From an uncultured Pseudomonadales bacterium (GTDB lineage Bacteria; Pseudomonadota; Gammaproteobacteria; Pseudomonadales; UBA7434), in contig CAJQKT010000023.1 of assembly GCA_905478995.1 (NCBI GenBank), positions 44,961 through 108,960 on the forward strand: a stretch of 64,000 bases of DNA, given 5' to 3'. The notes under the pieces were generated by a model. The model searched no databases and was not told the DNA's origin. It saw nothing but the letters and a program-made list of their open reading frames with translations. Positions 33,337 through 43,186 of this stretch are shown here, piece by piece. Made by a program: the position numbers and the translations under genes. Position 1 is the stretch's first letter; each line of letters begins with the position of its first letter.

Positions 33337-34416
33337 ATGAATCGCAAATTTAATTTTTGTGCAGGTCCTGCTGCACTGCCCGAAGCTGTTCTGGCTCGGG
33401 CACAAAGTGAACTGTTAGATTGGCACGGTGAAGGTTTATCGGTCATGGAGATGAGCCATCGCAGCGAAGAGTTTGTGTCGATTGCTGAAGAAGCAGAGAA
33501 AAACTTTCGTGAGTTAATGGGCATTTCTGATGATTATGCCGTTTTGTTTTTGCAAGGCGGTGCTACACAGCAGTTTTCTGCGGTGCCGCTTAATTTGTTA
33601 GCGGGTAAAAACTCGGCTAATTATGTTAATACCGGGCAGTGGTCAAAAAAGGCTATTCAGGAGGCTGGGAAATATTGCAATGTTAATGTGGTGGCTAGTA
33701 GCGAAGAGCAGAATTTCTCATGTATTCCGGCTTTTGACAGTTGGGCGATCGATGAGCAGGCTGCTTATTTGCATTACACGCCTAATGAGACGATTGGCGG
33801 AGTAGAATTTTTTTGGGAGCCTGACGTTAGCATGCCTGTGGTCGCAGATATGTCGTCAACTATTTTGTCGCGTCCAATCGATATTGAAAAGTTCGATTTA
33901 ATCTACGCCGGTGCGCAAAAAAATATTGGGCCATCGGGCCTTACGCTAGTCATCGTGCGCAAGTCATTGTTAGGCCAGGCTAGCAAAATGACGCCGTCGA
34001 TGCTTGATTATCAGGTTCAGGCAAAAGCTGGTTCTATGTCTAACACGCCGCCGGCTTATGCTTGGTATATGGCCGGTTTAGTATTTGAGTGGATTAAAGA
34101 GCAGGGCGGTTTGTCGGCTATGGAAGCGCTAAACAAGCGCAAAGCTGAAAAGCTCTATGGCTTTGTCGATGGCCATAGCTTTTATGCTAACCCCGTTGAG
34201 ATAGCTAGCCGCTCGCGTATGAACGTACCGTTCACATTGGCCGATAGCAGCCTCGATAAGGCGTTTTTACAAGGGGCTGATGGCATTGGCTTGCTCAACC
34301 TGAAAGGTCATCGTTCGGTGGGTGGTATGCGTGCTTCTATTTACAACGCCGTGCCCGAAGCAGCAGTTGATGCATTGATTGCCTATATGGACGAGTTCGC
34401 CTCAGAGCATGCTTAA
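33337..34416 (+). CDS. serC: Phosphoserine aminotransferase SerC
   Basis: MNRKFNFCAGPAALPEAVL and GAQKNIGPSGLT (PLP lysine) blocks; 359 aa. Confidence 0.93.
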   Translation: MNRKFNFCAGPAALPEAVLARAQSELLDWHGEGLSVMEMSHRSEEFVSIAEEAEKNFRELMGISDDYAVLFLQGGATQQFSAVPLNLLAGKNSANYVNTGQWSKKAIQEAGKYCNVNVVASSEEQNFSCIPAFDSWAIDEQAAYLHYTPNETIGGVEFFWEPDVSMPVVADMSSTILSRPIDIEKFDLIYAGAQKNIGPSGLTLVIVRKSLLGQASKMTPSMLDYQVQAKAGSMSNTPPAYAWYMAGLVFEWIKEQGGLSAMEALNKRKAEKLYGFVDGHSFYANPVEIASRSRMNVPFTLADSSLDKAFLQGADGIGLLNLKGHRSVGGMRASIYNAVPEAAVDALIAYMDEFASEHA

Positions 34417-34483
34417 ATAGGTTGGTACTTTTATTCACTCCCTGCAGCGTTTTGAAGCAGGCACAGCATATTGATATAAGGCC

Positions 34484-35581
34484 ATGAGTAACGACGATTT
34501 AGCCAAATTACGTGATGAAATTGATCGTATCGACAGCGAGATGCAGCGCTTGCTTAATCGTCGTGCGAGCTGTGCTCAAGAGGTTGCTCAGGTGAAAATG
34601 CGCGAGGCCGTGCTCGGCGCTGCTGAACCGGTTTTTTATCGTCCGGAGCGCGAGGCTCAGGTACTACGCAAAGTGATGGAGCGCAACGAGGGTCCGCTTG
34701 ATGCTAAAGCAGTGGCGCATATTTTTCGCGAGATCATGTCTGCCTGTCTAGCGCTCGAAAAACCCCTTGAGGTGGCTTACTTAGGCCCGCAAGGTACCTT
34801 CACTGAGGCAGCTGCACTCAAACACTTCGGTCATTCGGCGCATACGCGGCCGATGAATAACATCAGCGAAATTTTCTCTGCGGTGCAGCGTAAAGTGTGC
34901 CGCTATGGTGTGCTGCCTATCGAAAACTCTACTGAAGGTATGGTGACTCATACACTCGATAATTTCATCAACTCGTCATTAAAGATTTGTGGTGAGCTGG
35001 AGTTGCCAATTGCCTTGCACCTTTTAGTCAACGGCGGCGCTGACTCGGCCAAGCTAAAAAAGATTTGTGCCCATCAGCAAGCCTTGGCTCAATCGCGTGA
35101 TTGGCTACAGCAAAACTTCCCTCAAGTAGAAATTTCAGCCGTTAGTTCCAATGGTGAAGCGGCGCGCATGGCGGCAGATGACCCAGGTATTGCTGCCGTG
35201 GCGGGTGAACTGGCTGCTGAGCGTTATGGACTTGTGCATTTGGCATCGAATATTCAAGATTATGCCGACAACACTACTCGCTTTTTAGTTATTGCTCACG
35301 AAGAAATCCCCGCCAGTGGGCATGATAAAACGTCTTTAGTAGTCTCTACCCGCAACGAGCCCGGTGCGCTGTTTAAGTTATTAGAGCCACTCGATAAAGA
35401 AGGCATCAGCTTAACGCGCATTGAAACGCGCCCCTCGCGTACTGAAAATTGGGCTTATGTGTTTTTTATGGAATTTCACGGGCATCATCAAGATCCCAGC
35501 GTGCAACGCATAATAGAGCAATTTAAGCAGCAGGCCTTGATGGTTAAGGTGCTTGGCTCGTATCCTGTTGCAGTTATTTGA
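34484..35581 (+). CDS. pheA: Bifunctional chorismate mutase / prephenate dehydratase PheA
   Basis: N-terminal CM helix (LRDEIDRIDSEMQRLLNRRA), PDT domain (VAYLGPQGTFTE), and ACT domain with LTRIETRPS. Confidence 0.9.
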   Translation: MSNDDLAKLRDEIDRIDSEMQRLLNRRASCAQEVAQVKMREAVLGAAEPVFYRPEREAQVLRKVMERNEGPLDAKAVAHIFREIMSACLALEKPLEVAYLGPQGTFTEAAALKHFGHSAHTRPMNNISEIFSAVQRKVCRYGVLPIENSTEGMVTHTLDNFINSSLKICGELELPIALHLLVNGGADSAKLKKICAHQQALAQSRDWLQQNFPQVEISAVSSNGEAARMAADDPGIAAVAGELAAERYGLVHLASNIQDYADNTTRFLVIAHEEIPASGHDKTSLVVSTRNEPGALFKLLEPLDKEGISLTRIETRPSRTENWAYVFFMEFHGHHQDPSVQRIIEQFKQQALMVKVLGSYPVAVI

Positions 35582-35668
35582 ATAAAACCTTGCAGCAGTA
35601 CGCTGGCTTTTGTCGCGCATTAAAGTGATCGTATCTAACGATTATCTTGTGGTGATGAGGAATTTTTT

Positions 35669-36778
35669 ATGGTGACCGATTGGATAAAAGTAGCCCGCCG
35701 CACGGTGCAGGCCATGCAGCCTTATCAGGCGGGCAAGCCGCTCGAAGAAGCGCAGCGTGAGTTGGGTCTTACTTATTTAGTTAAGTTGGCCAGTAACGAA
35801 AATCCTCACGGGCCTTCGCCGCGGGTGCTTAATGCAATGACGGAGTCTTTAAGCGATTGCAACCGTTACCCCGATGCCAATGGGTATTACTTAAAGTCTG
35901 CGTTGGCTTCAAAGTTTGCTGTTGATGTTGAGGCGATTACGCTGGGCAATGGCTCGAATGACATCCTCGAATTAGTAGCCAGTGCTTTTCTCGATCATAA
36001 CGCTAGCGCCGTTTACTCTCAGTATGCCTTTGTTGTTTATGCATTGGCCGTGGCTCGCAGTGGAGCCGCGGCGTTAGTGGCGCCAGCGAGCAACTACGGG
36101 CATGATCTTAATGCGATGCTAGCCTTAGTGCAGCCCAATACGAAGGTTGTGTATTTGGCCAATCCTAATAATCCAACGGGTACTTATTTTTCGCATAATT
36201 CGTTAGCGGTCTTTTTGCGGGCGCTACGCTCGGATATTGTCGTGGTGCTTGATGAGGCTTATTACGAATATGCGCAGGCGGCTGATTACCCCGATGGCCA
36301 GCTTTTGCAGCGCAGCCACCCCAATCTCATACTGACCCGCACGTTTTCTAAAGCCTACGGTTTGAGTGGTTTGCGTGTTGGGTACTCGCTATCCCACCCA
36401 GCAATAGCGGATGTGCTGAATCGAGTTCGTCAACCATTTAATGTCACATCTCCTTCGCTGCTAGGCGCGCAAGTGGCACTCGATGATGATCAGCACTTAC
36501 AACAGGGGCTGGACACTAACCGAGCCGGTATGGAGCAAATAACCACTGGCCTAGATACCTTGGGGTTGGAAGCTATTCCCTCGGCAGCTAATTTCGTGAC
36601 CTTTGCTCCGGGTATCGATGCTGCTCGTGTCAATCAAGCGCTACTAGAGCGCGGTGTGATTTTGCGTCCACTTGCGAATTATCACATGCCGAAGCATTTG
36701 CGCGTGAGTATCGGGCTTGAGCATGAAAATCAGAAATTTTTAAACGAGTTACCAGCTGTCTTGAGCGCTCTAAAATAA
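35669..36778 (+). CDS. Histidinol-phosphate/aromatic aminotransferase (HisC2-like)
   Basis: Class-II aminotransferase (LASNENPHGPSP; TFSKAYGLSGLRVGY) lying between pheA and tyrA, as in the Pseudomonas aromatic amino-acid cluster. Confidence 0.8.
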   Translation: MVTDWIKVARRTVQAMQPYQAGKPLEEAQRELGLTYLVKLASNENPHGPSPRVLNAMTESLSDCNRYPDANGYYLKSALASKFAVDVEAITLGNGSNDILELVASAFLDHNASAVYSQYAFVVYALAVARSGAAALVAPASNYGHDLNAMLALVQPNTKVVYLANPNNPTGTYFSHNSLAVFLRALRSDIVVVLDEAYYEYAQAADYPDGQLLQRSHPNLILTRTFSKAYGLSGLRVGYSLSHPAIADVLNRVRQPFNVTSPSLLGAQVALDDDQHLQQGLDTNRAGMEQITTGLDTLGLEAIPSAANFVTFAPGIDAARVNQALLERGVILRPLANYHMPKHLRVSIGLEHENQKFLNELPAVLSALK

Positions 36779-36826
36779 TAAGGGTGTGAAGATGGGTCAG
36801 TTTATCAAAGTACATAAGAGCATTCT

Positions 36827-37696
36827 GTGAGCAAAGTAATATTTGAAAAATTGCTAATTTTGGGGGTCGGTCTGATTGGCGGATCATTAGCAATGGCTGC
36901 GAAGCAAGCTGGCGCGGTTGGCGAAGTACGTGGTTGGGGGCGGCGGCAGAGTAGTCTGGATGAAGCGCTGGCACTGGGCGTTATCGAGCAAGCCGAAACG
37001 GATTTAGAGCGGGCCTTAGAGGGCGTTGATTGTGTGGTCATCGCAACACCAACCCAGTTTGCCGCACAGCTGATGGTCGATGTAGTGCAGCGGGTTCCCG
37101 CTTCAGTTGTGGTTACCGATGTGGCAAGTGTTAAAGGTAATATCGCCGCAGCGTTGACCAAGCAATTTGGCCAAGTGCCAGCTAACGTGGTTCTGGGGCA
37201 TCCTATTGCGGGCTCAGAACAAAGCGGTGTTGCTGCGGCCAGTGCAGATTTGTTTGTTGGTCAGCGCGTGATTTTGGCAGCGCAAGAGCAAACTGCGCCC
37301 GCTGCTTTGCAGGCGATTGAGTCATTATGGCGCGCCACAGGAGCCGATTTGCATGCGATGAGCGCCGAGTTTCATGATCAGGTGCTGGGTATGACAAGCC
37401 ACTTGCCTCATTTACTGGCTTATGCATTGGTTGCCTATTTGAGTGATCAGCCGAGTTCGAGCGATATTTTTGCCTTGACCGGCGGAGGCTTTCGAGATTT
37501 TACTCGTATAGCCGGTTCCGATCCTCGCATGTGGCGAGAAATATCGGTGGCTAACGATAAAGCTTTGTTGGAGGCCATTAGCGGCTTTGAAAAGCAGTTA
37601 GCAGAGCTTAAGAAAAACATAACCGATAGTAATGGCCCAGCTCTTGAGGCTTTATTCGCTCAGGCGAAAGCAGCGCGAGATCAACACATGGGCTAG
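36827..37696 (+). CDS. tyrA: Prephenate/arogenate dehydrogenase
   Basis: GTG start; Rossmann motif ILGVGLIGGSLA; PDH C-terminal block HDQVLGMTSHLPHLLA. Confidence 0.8.
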   Translation: MSKVIFEKLLILGVGLIGGSLAMAAKQAGAVGEVRGWGRRQSSLDEALALGVIEQAETDLERALEGVDCVVIATPTQFAAQLMVDVVQRVPASVVVTDVASVKGNIAAALTKQFGQVPANVVLGHPIAGSEQSGVAAASADLFVGQRVILAAQEQTAPAALQAIESLWRATGADLHAMSAEFHDQVLGMTSHLPHLLAYALVAYLSDQPSSSDIFALTGGGFRDFTRIAGSDPRMWREISVANDKALLEAISGFEKQLAELKKNITDSNGPALEALFAQAKAARDQHMG

Positions 37697-37749
37697 TTGG
37701 CGCAGGTCAACAATTTTTAAAGGCAAGAAAAAATACAAAATATGAGGAA

Positions 37750-39147
37750 GTGACAAGTCCTCTGATCTATCAAAACGGAGTCGTTGGATTTACTGTGAGA
37801 TTACTAGCAATTGCAAGGCAGCGTGATGCTGCAATACAAGAAACATCAATTGATTCAGTGGCGGGGTTGGCGGGTAGTGTTCGTGTGCCTGGCGATAAAT
37901 CGATTTCTCACCGGTCCATTATGTTGGGTGCCATCGCTGAGGGCGATACGCATATTTCTGGCTTTTTGGAAGGAGCGGATGCACTGGCTACCCTCGCTGC
38001 ATTTGAGGCGATGGGGGTACCTATCGATCAGCTAGGCGACGGTAAGCTGATTGTCAAAGGCCGAGGTTTGCATGGTTTACAGGCGCCCGTTGAGTCGTTA
38101 TATGTTGGCAATTCAGGCACTTCGATGCGGCTGTTAGCGGGCTTATTAGCGGGCCAGTCTTTTAGTTCTACCCTTACAGGCGATGTGTCATTAACCGGGC
38201 GGCCGATGAACCGCGTAGCGTTACCGCTGCGTGAAATGGGCGCAGAAATCGTTACCGCCCCAGAGGGTCGTCCACCGCTAGCGATTGCTGGCAAGGCTGC
38301 GTTGCATGGTATTGACTATGTGCTGCCAATAGCCAGCGCTCAGGTTAAGTCGTGTCTTTTGCTCGCCGGTTTGTATGCTTCTGGACGCACCACCGTTACT
38401 GAACCTGCGCCGACTCGCGATCACACCGAGCGAATGTTGCAAGGCTTTGGTTATGTTGTTGAACGCAATGGGCCGACGGCAAGCGTGCTAGGCGGGGGTA
38501 AACTTACTGCAACAGCTATTGATATTCCGGCTGATATTTCCTCAGCGGCCTTCTTTTTAGTGGCGGGATCGATTACCCCAAATTCTGAAATAACTTTGCA
38601 GCATGTTGGCATTAATCCGACGCGTACTGGCGTAATCGATATTCTCAAATTAATGGGCGCTGATATTACATTGACTAAGCTTCGTGATGTAGGCGGCGAG
38701 CCGGTCGCCGATCTTGTTGTGCGCAGCGCCCAGTTGCATGGTATTGATATTCCGCCTGCATTGGTGCCACTGGCTATTGATGAGTTTCCGGCCATATTCA
38801 TCGCCGCTGCTTGTGCCACGGGTCGAACCGTGTTGACCGGTGCGGAAGAATTGCGCGTTAAAGAAAGCGATCGTATACAGGCAATGGTCGATGGGCTTTT
38901 GGCGCTTGGAGTCGATGTGCGTGGCACCGACGATGGGGCGATTATTGAGGGCGGTCCAATAGGGGCGGGCCTCGATAATGCCTCAATTAACTGCCATCAC
39001 GATCACCGTATTGCCATGGCTTTTGCTATTGCAAGTGCGCAGGCGCAGTGTGATATAGAGATTCAGGACTGCGATAATATCGTCACGTCTTTTCCCAATT
39101 TCGTGGAGCTAGCGTGTCAGCTTGGCTTGTCGCTTGAGTTGGCATAA
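37750..39147 (+). CDS. aroA: 3-phosphoshikimate 1-carboxyvinyltransferase AroA (start uncertain: GTG 37750 or GTG 37795)
   Basis: EPSP synthase blocks VPGDKSISHR, VGNSGTSMRLL and RVKESDR. Homology starts near residue 35 of the track ORF. Confidence 0.9.
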   Translation: MTSPLIYQNGVVGFTVRLLAIARQRDAAIQETSIDSVAGLAGSVRVPGDKSISHRSIMLGAIAEGDTHISGFLEGADALATLAAFEAMGVPIDQLGDGKLIVKGRGLHGLQAPVESLYVGNSGTSMRLLAGLLAGQSFSSTLTGDVSLTGRPMNRVALPLREMGAEIVTAPEGRPPLAIAGKAALHGIDYVLPIASAQVKSCLLLAGLYASGRTTVTEPAPTRDHTERMLQGFGYVVERNGPTASVLGGGKLTATAIDIPADISSAAFFLVAGSITPNSEITLQHVGINPTRTGVIDILKLMGADITLTKLRDVGGEPVADLVVRSAQLHGIDIPPALVPLAIDEFPAIFIAAACATGRTVLTGAEELRVKESDRIQAMVDGLLALGVDVRGTDDGAIIEGGPIGAGLDNASINCHHDHRIAMAFAIASAQAQCDIEIQDCDNIVTSFPNFVELACQLGLSLELA

Positions 39148-39236
39148 CGCAGCGCATGTAATACCCACATCACGCACTTTAATCATGGTCGGTGAGCATT
39201 CAAGTTGACTACTCTATATAAAAGGAACCGAAGCAT

Positions 39237-39920
39237 TTGATTCCCATTATTACAATCGACGGGCCAGGTGGTGCGGGTAAGGGCACCGTAGCTAAACGCA
39301 TCGCTTCGCAACTAGGCTGGCACTTGCTCGATAGCGGCATGCTCTATCGATTGCTGGCACTTGCAGCACTGCATCATCATGTGGCTGTGGACGATGAGCC
39401 CAGTCTGCGGGTGATGGCCGGAGCACTCGATGTGCATTTTGTTGCCGATGACGACAGTGAGGGTGTGCGAGCCTTTCTAGAAGGTGAGGATGTGACCAAC
39501 TTGGTACGTTCAGAGGATGTGGGTTTGGTAGCCTCTAAAATTGCCGCGCTGACATCGGTGCGCAAGGCTTTATTGGGTCGCCAGAGAGCCTTTGCCGAGG
39601 CGCCCGGGCTGGTCGCAGATGGGCGAGATATGGGCACAATTGTGTTCGTTGATGCCCCTCTCAAGGTCTATTTAACCGCCAGTGTTGACATTCGAGCTAA
39701 ACGCCGGCAGAAGCAGTTGCTCGGCAAGCAACAAAGTGGTAATCTCGCGCGCCTCGCTGAAGCCATTGCCGCCCGCGACAAGAGCGATATGGAGCGTCCG
39801 GTAGCGCCACTAAAGCCTGCCCCCGACGCCTTGTATATTGACAGCACCGAACTGAGTATTGAACAGGTTTGTGCTGAAATTCTTGCCAAGGTAAAAGAAC
39901 GTGGTTTGGTAGCGGCCTAA
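39237..39920 (+). CDS. cmk: Cytidylate kinase
   Basis: TTG start; P-loop ITIDGPGGAGKGT; 227 aa; upstream of rpsA. Confidence 0.9.
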   Translation: MIPIITIDGPGGAGKGTVAKRIASQLGWHLLDSGMLYRLLALAALHHHVAVDDEPSLRVMAGALDVHFVADDDSEGVRAFLEGEDVTNLVRSEDVGLVASKIAALTSVRKALLGRQRAFAEAPGLVADGRDMGTIVFVDAPLKVYLTASVDIRAKRRQKQLLGKQQSGNLARLAEAIAARDKSDMERPVAPLKPAPDALYIDSTELSIEQVCAEILAKVKERGLVAA

Positions 39921-40463
39921 CTCTTAGAGTTTTGTATGAGTAGGTCGTGGTTTTGACTGGGTCAGATGATTTGACCTAGCCAGTGAGAACTTTCCGTTGT
40001 TGGATGGAGTGTTGTTGAATTAAGTGTTTTGAGGCGCTCGCGCTTTTAGCCTTTTCATTAATGACTACACCCAGCTGATGGATTATTGGTTGACGTTGCA
40101 ATGAGTAACCAGTGTTTGCACCGTCAATATTTATTAACTACTCCGCGTGTGCTGGTGCGTGGACTTACAGTAAGTTTGTTGCCTGTGCTGCGATCTCTCG
40201 CATTACCGAAAACACTCGTGTTTTTGGTAATAAAATCTCTGAAACTGTTGGGCCAACCATTTTATGATTGTGGCCGCCGTGCTGTGGCGCCGCTGACGTT
40301 TATTGTCAGCTGTGATGAGTCAGCGTTGTTATAAAACAATACCGAGCTTTGCTTAAGGTTTACTTTGAGTACAGTCGATTAAGGGTAGCGTTTTAAAACT
40401 TGCAATAGCCAAAGATAGTTTGAGTACACCTACAAGCTTGCGTTAAAACAAAAGGTAACCGTC

Positions 40464-42140
40464 ATGGTTGAATCATTTGCAGATTTATTTGAAGAAAGTT
40501 TAAAAACGATTGAAATGCACCCCGGAGCTATTATTACCGGTGTAGTGCTCGACATTGATAATGACTGGGTCACGGTACATGCCGGCCTTAAGTCAGAAGG
40601 TGTTATCCCACGAATTGAATTTATCGATGAGCAAGGCGAATTTACCGTTGCCATCGGTGACATGGTACAGGTTGCACTTGAGGCGGTAGAAGACGGCTTT
40701 GGTGAAACTAAGTTGTCGCGTGAAAAAGCTCGCCGTATGGAAGCTTGGACTGCGCTAGAAGCAGCGTTCGAAGCCGAAGAAGTTATTACCGGTGTCATCA
40801 ATGGCAAGGTTAAAGGCGGCTTTACAGTTGACATCAATACTATACGAGCCTTTCTACCAGGTTCACTGGTTGATGTGCGCCCTCTGCGTGACACTTCGCA
40901 TCTTGAAGGCAAGCCTCTCGAATTTAAAGTTATTAAGCTCGATGCCAAGCGTAACAACATTGTGTTGTCGCGCCGTGCTGTTATGGAGTTGGCTAATAGT
41001 GCTGACCGTGAAGAGCTGCTTAAAAATCTTGAAGAAGGCCAAGAAGTTAAAGGTATCGTTAAAAATCTTACCGATTACGGCGCATTTGTTGATCTTGGCG
41101 GCGTGGATGGTCTATTGCACATCACCGACATGGCGTGGAAGCGCATCAAGCACCCAAGCGAGATTGTCGCTGTAGGTGATGAGATTGACGTTAAGATCCT
41201 CAAATTTGATCGCGAGAAAAATCGTGTATCGCTGGGCTTGAAGCAACTGGGTGCAGATCCATGGGCCGACATTAAAGGTCGCTACCCTGAAAAGACCATC
41301 ATTAAAGGGGTTATTACTAACCTTACTGATTACGGTTGTTTTGCAGAGCTTGAAAGTGGCGTTGAAGGTTTGGTGCACGTATCTGAAATGGATTGGACTA
41401 ACAAAAATGTTCATCCATCAAAAATTGTTAACCTTGGCGATGAAGTCGATGTAATGGTTCTTGATATTGATGAAGAGCGTCGTCGTATTTCATTAGGCAT
41501 TAAGCAATGTACTCAAAATCCGTGGGATGCATTTGGTTCGGAGCATGCTAAAGGCGAGAAAATCAAAGGCACCATCAAATCGATTACCGATTTTGGTATC
41601 TTTATTGGCCTGAATGGCAATATCGATGGTTTAGTGCATCTCTCTGATATTTCTTGGAGCGAGCCTGGCGAAGAGGCAGTACGTGCTTACAACAAAGGCG
41701 ACGAGATCGAAACAGTTATCTTATCGATTGACTCGGAACGTGAGCGCATTTCACTGGGTATTAAGCAGCTCGAAGAAGATCCGTTCTCAGATTTCGTAGC
41801 TGAAAATGACAAAGGCAAGATCGTCAATGGTACGGTCAAGTCAATGGATGCCAAAGCGGCGATCATTGATCTTGGTAACGACATTGAAGGAACTTTGAAA
41901 GCCTCGGAAATTTCGCGTGAAAAAGTTGAAGACGTGCGAAATGTTCTTAAAGAGGGTGAAGAGGTTGAAGTTAAGGTGATTAGCGTCGATAGAAAAAATC
42001 GCGTAATTGCTTTGTCGATCAAGGCCAAAGACGTACAAGATGAGAAAGATGCGGTGCGCCAGCACCGAGAGCAAGATACTGCAACTGAAGCGGTTACCAC
42101 TATCGGTGGGCTCATCAAAGCCAAGCTAGACGACAAGTAG
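40464..42140 (+). CDS. rpsA: 30S ribosomal protein S1
   Basis: 558 aa with six S1 repeats (e.g. [29 protein letters not shown]). Confidence 0.97.
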   Translation: MVESFADLFEESLKTIEMHPGAIITGVVLDIDNDWVTVHAGLKSEGVIPRIEFIDEQGEFTVAIGDMVQVALEAVEDGFGETKLSREKARRMEAWTALEAAFEAEEVITGVINGKVKGGFTVDINTIRAFLPGSLVDVRPLRDTSHLEGKPLEFKVIKLDAKRNNIVLSRRAVMELANSADREELLKNLEEGQEVKGIVKNLTDYGAFVDLGGVDGLLHITDMAWKRIKHPSEIVAVGDEIDVKILKFDREKNRVSLGLKQLGADPWADIKGRYPEKTIIKGVITNLTDYGCFAELESGVEGLVHVSEMDWTNKNVHPSKIVNLGDEVDVMVLDIDEERRRISLGIKQCTQNPWDAFGSEHAKGEKIKGTIKSITDFGIFIGLNGNIDGLVHLSDISWSEPGEEAVRAYNKGDEIETVILSIDSERERISLGIKQLEEDPFSDFVAENDKGKIVNGTVKSMDAKAAIIDLGNDIEGTLKASEISREKVEDVRNVLKEGEEVEVKVISVDRKNRVIALSIKAKDVQDEKDAVRQHREQDTATEAVTTIGGLIKAKLDDK

Positions 42141-42150
42141 TCGTCGGTCT

Positions 42151-42198
42151 AAACCAGCTGCGGGCGCCATTCGGGCAGCTCGCAGCTGGTTTTTTTTT
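42151..42198 (+). terminator. Rho-independent terminator of rpsA
   Basis: The 12-nt arms AAACCAGCTGCG (42151-42162) and CGCAGCTGGTTT (42181-42192) run into a 9-T tract that ends at 42198. Confidence 0.85.
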
Positions 42199-42394
42199 AG
42201 TCATTTTTGATCTTCCTTTGTAAATCAGTCATTTATATGACCTTTTTGCCCCTTTAATAGCCAACTTCTGCCATCTCATCACTGGAACACTGGTTAAGCT
42301 TGTCTATAATAAACAGAGAGTTACAAAATCAATCGCGGATTGGTTTATTAAGGCAATGAGGGCGTAGGCGGTGGCTTGCGTTCGAGGTGATGTG

Positions 42395-42703
42395 ATGACG
42401 AAATCGGAATTGATTGAACGAATAGCAATGCGGCAGGTACAGCTATCGACTAAAGATGTTGAGCTTGCAGTGAAGTGCGTCATTGACCAAATGGTGGATG
42501 GCTTGGCGGCCGGAGAGCGTATCGAAATTCGTGGCTTTGGCAGCTTTAGTTTGCACTATCGTGCGCCTCGGGTAGGGCGTAATCCAAAAACGGGTGAAAA
42601 AGTTAATCTGGCCGGTAAGCATGTTCCACATTTTAAGCCGGGTAAAGAGATGCGGGATCGCGTCAATGATAGCCTAACCCGCTTCCAATCCAGTTATTTT
42701 TAA
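42395..42703 (+). CDS. ihfB: Integration host factor subunit beta
   Basis: [11 protein letters not shown]... and the block [13 protein letters not shown] at 42395 is preceded by GAGGTGA; the track's GTG at 42371 adds 8 residues. Confidence 0.93.
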   Translation: MTKSELIERIAMRQVQLSTKDVELAVKCVIDQMVDGLAAGERIEIRGFGSFSLHYRAPRVGRNPKTGEKVNLAGKHVPHFKPGKEMRDRVNDSLTRFQSSYF

Positions 42704-42709
42704 ATCTAC

Positions 42710-42733
42710 GGCGCTTCAAGCGCCGTTTTTTTT
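42710..42733 (+). terminator. Rho-independent terminator of ihfB
   Basis: GGCGC-TTCAA-GCGCC hairpin (42710-42724) followed by a T8 run. Confidence 0.8.
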
Positions 42734-42898
42734 GTCTGTGTAAAATTTCATTTCACTAGCAAGACCCTTTTGGCTCCCGCTCGACTGCTTGCTGGCTCAG
42801 CTGAATAGGAAGTACTTTTATCAAAAGCTCTTTTACTGCTTACAGCGCTTAAGAAGCATCGCGTATAATGCACCCTCTGGGACTTGGAGGTTATGATA

Positions 42899-43183
42899 AT
42901 GCGATATGTAAAAATGTTGATGCTATTGGCAGCTGTGCTGGTTTTTGCATTTTTTAGCTTGGCCTTCATTACGCACAATAACAGCCCTGCAACGGTGGAT
43001 CTGTTATTTGTTGAGCCCATTGCACTTCAGCTCTCCAGTTGGCTCATTGGTTTTTTTGTTGCAGGCGCTGGGCTTGGCCTGCTGACATCTACCTTGCTTG
43101 TGCTGCGCGAAAAGGCATTGCGCCGACGCATAGAGCGCCGCATGCAGCATACTTCAAAAATCATCTCGGGCTATCATTCCTAA
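42899..43183 (+). CDS. lapA: Lipopolysaccharide assembly protein LapA (YciS)
   Basis: A small 2-TM protein (MRYVKMLMLLAAVLVFAFFSLAF ... LIGFFVAGAGLGLL) directly upstream of lapB. I chose ATG 42899 for its ~8-nt spacing from GGAGG. Confidence 0.75.
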   Translation: MRYVKMLMLLAAVLVFAFFSLAFITHNNSPATVDLLFVEPIALQLSSWLIGFFVAGAGLGLLTSTLLVLREKALRRRIERRMQHTSKIISGYHS

Positions 43184-43186
43184 CTA

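Noticed and set aside
37694-37752. tyrA/aroA boundary as a frameshifted pseudogene of a fused tyrA-aroA
   Set aside because: Both ORFs are full length with intact catalytic motifs. They are separated by a clean stop and a 53-nt spacer, and they lie in different frames. A genuine two-gene arrangement is the simpler reading.
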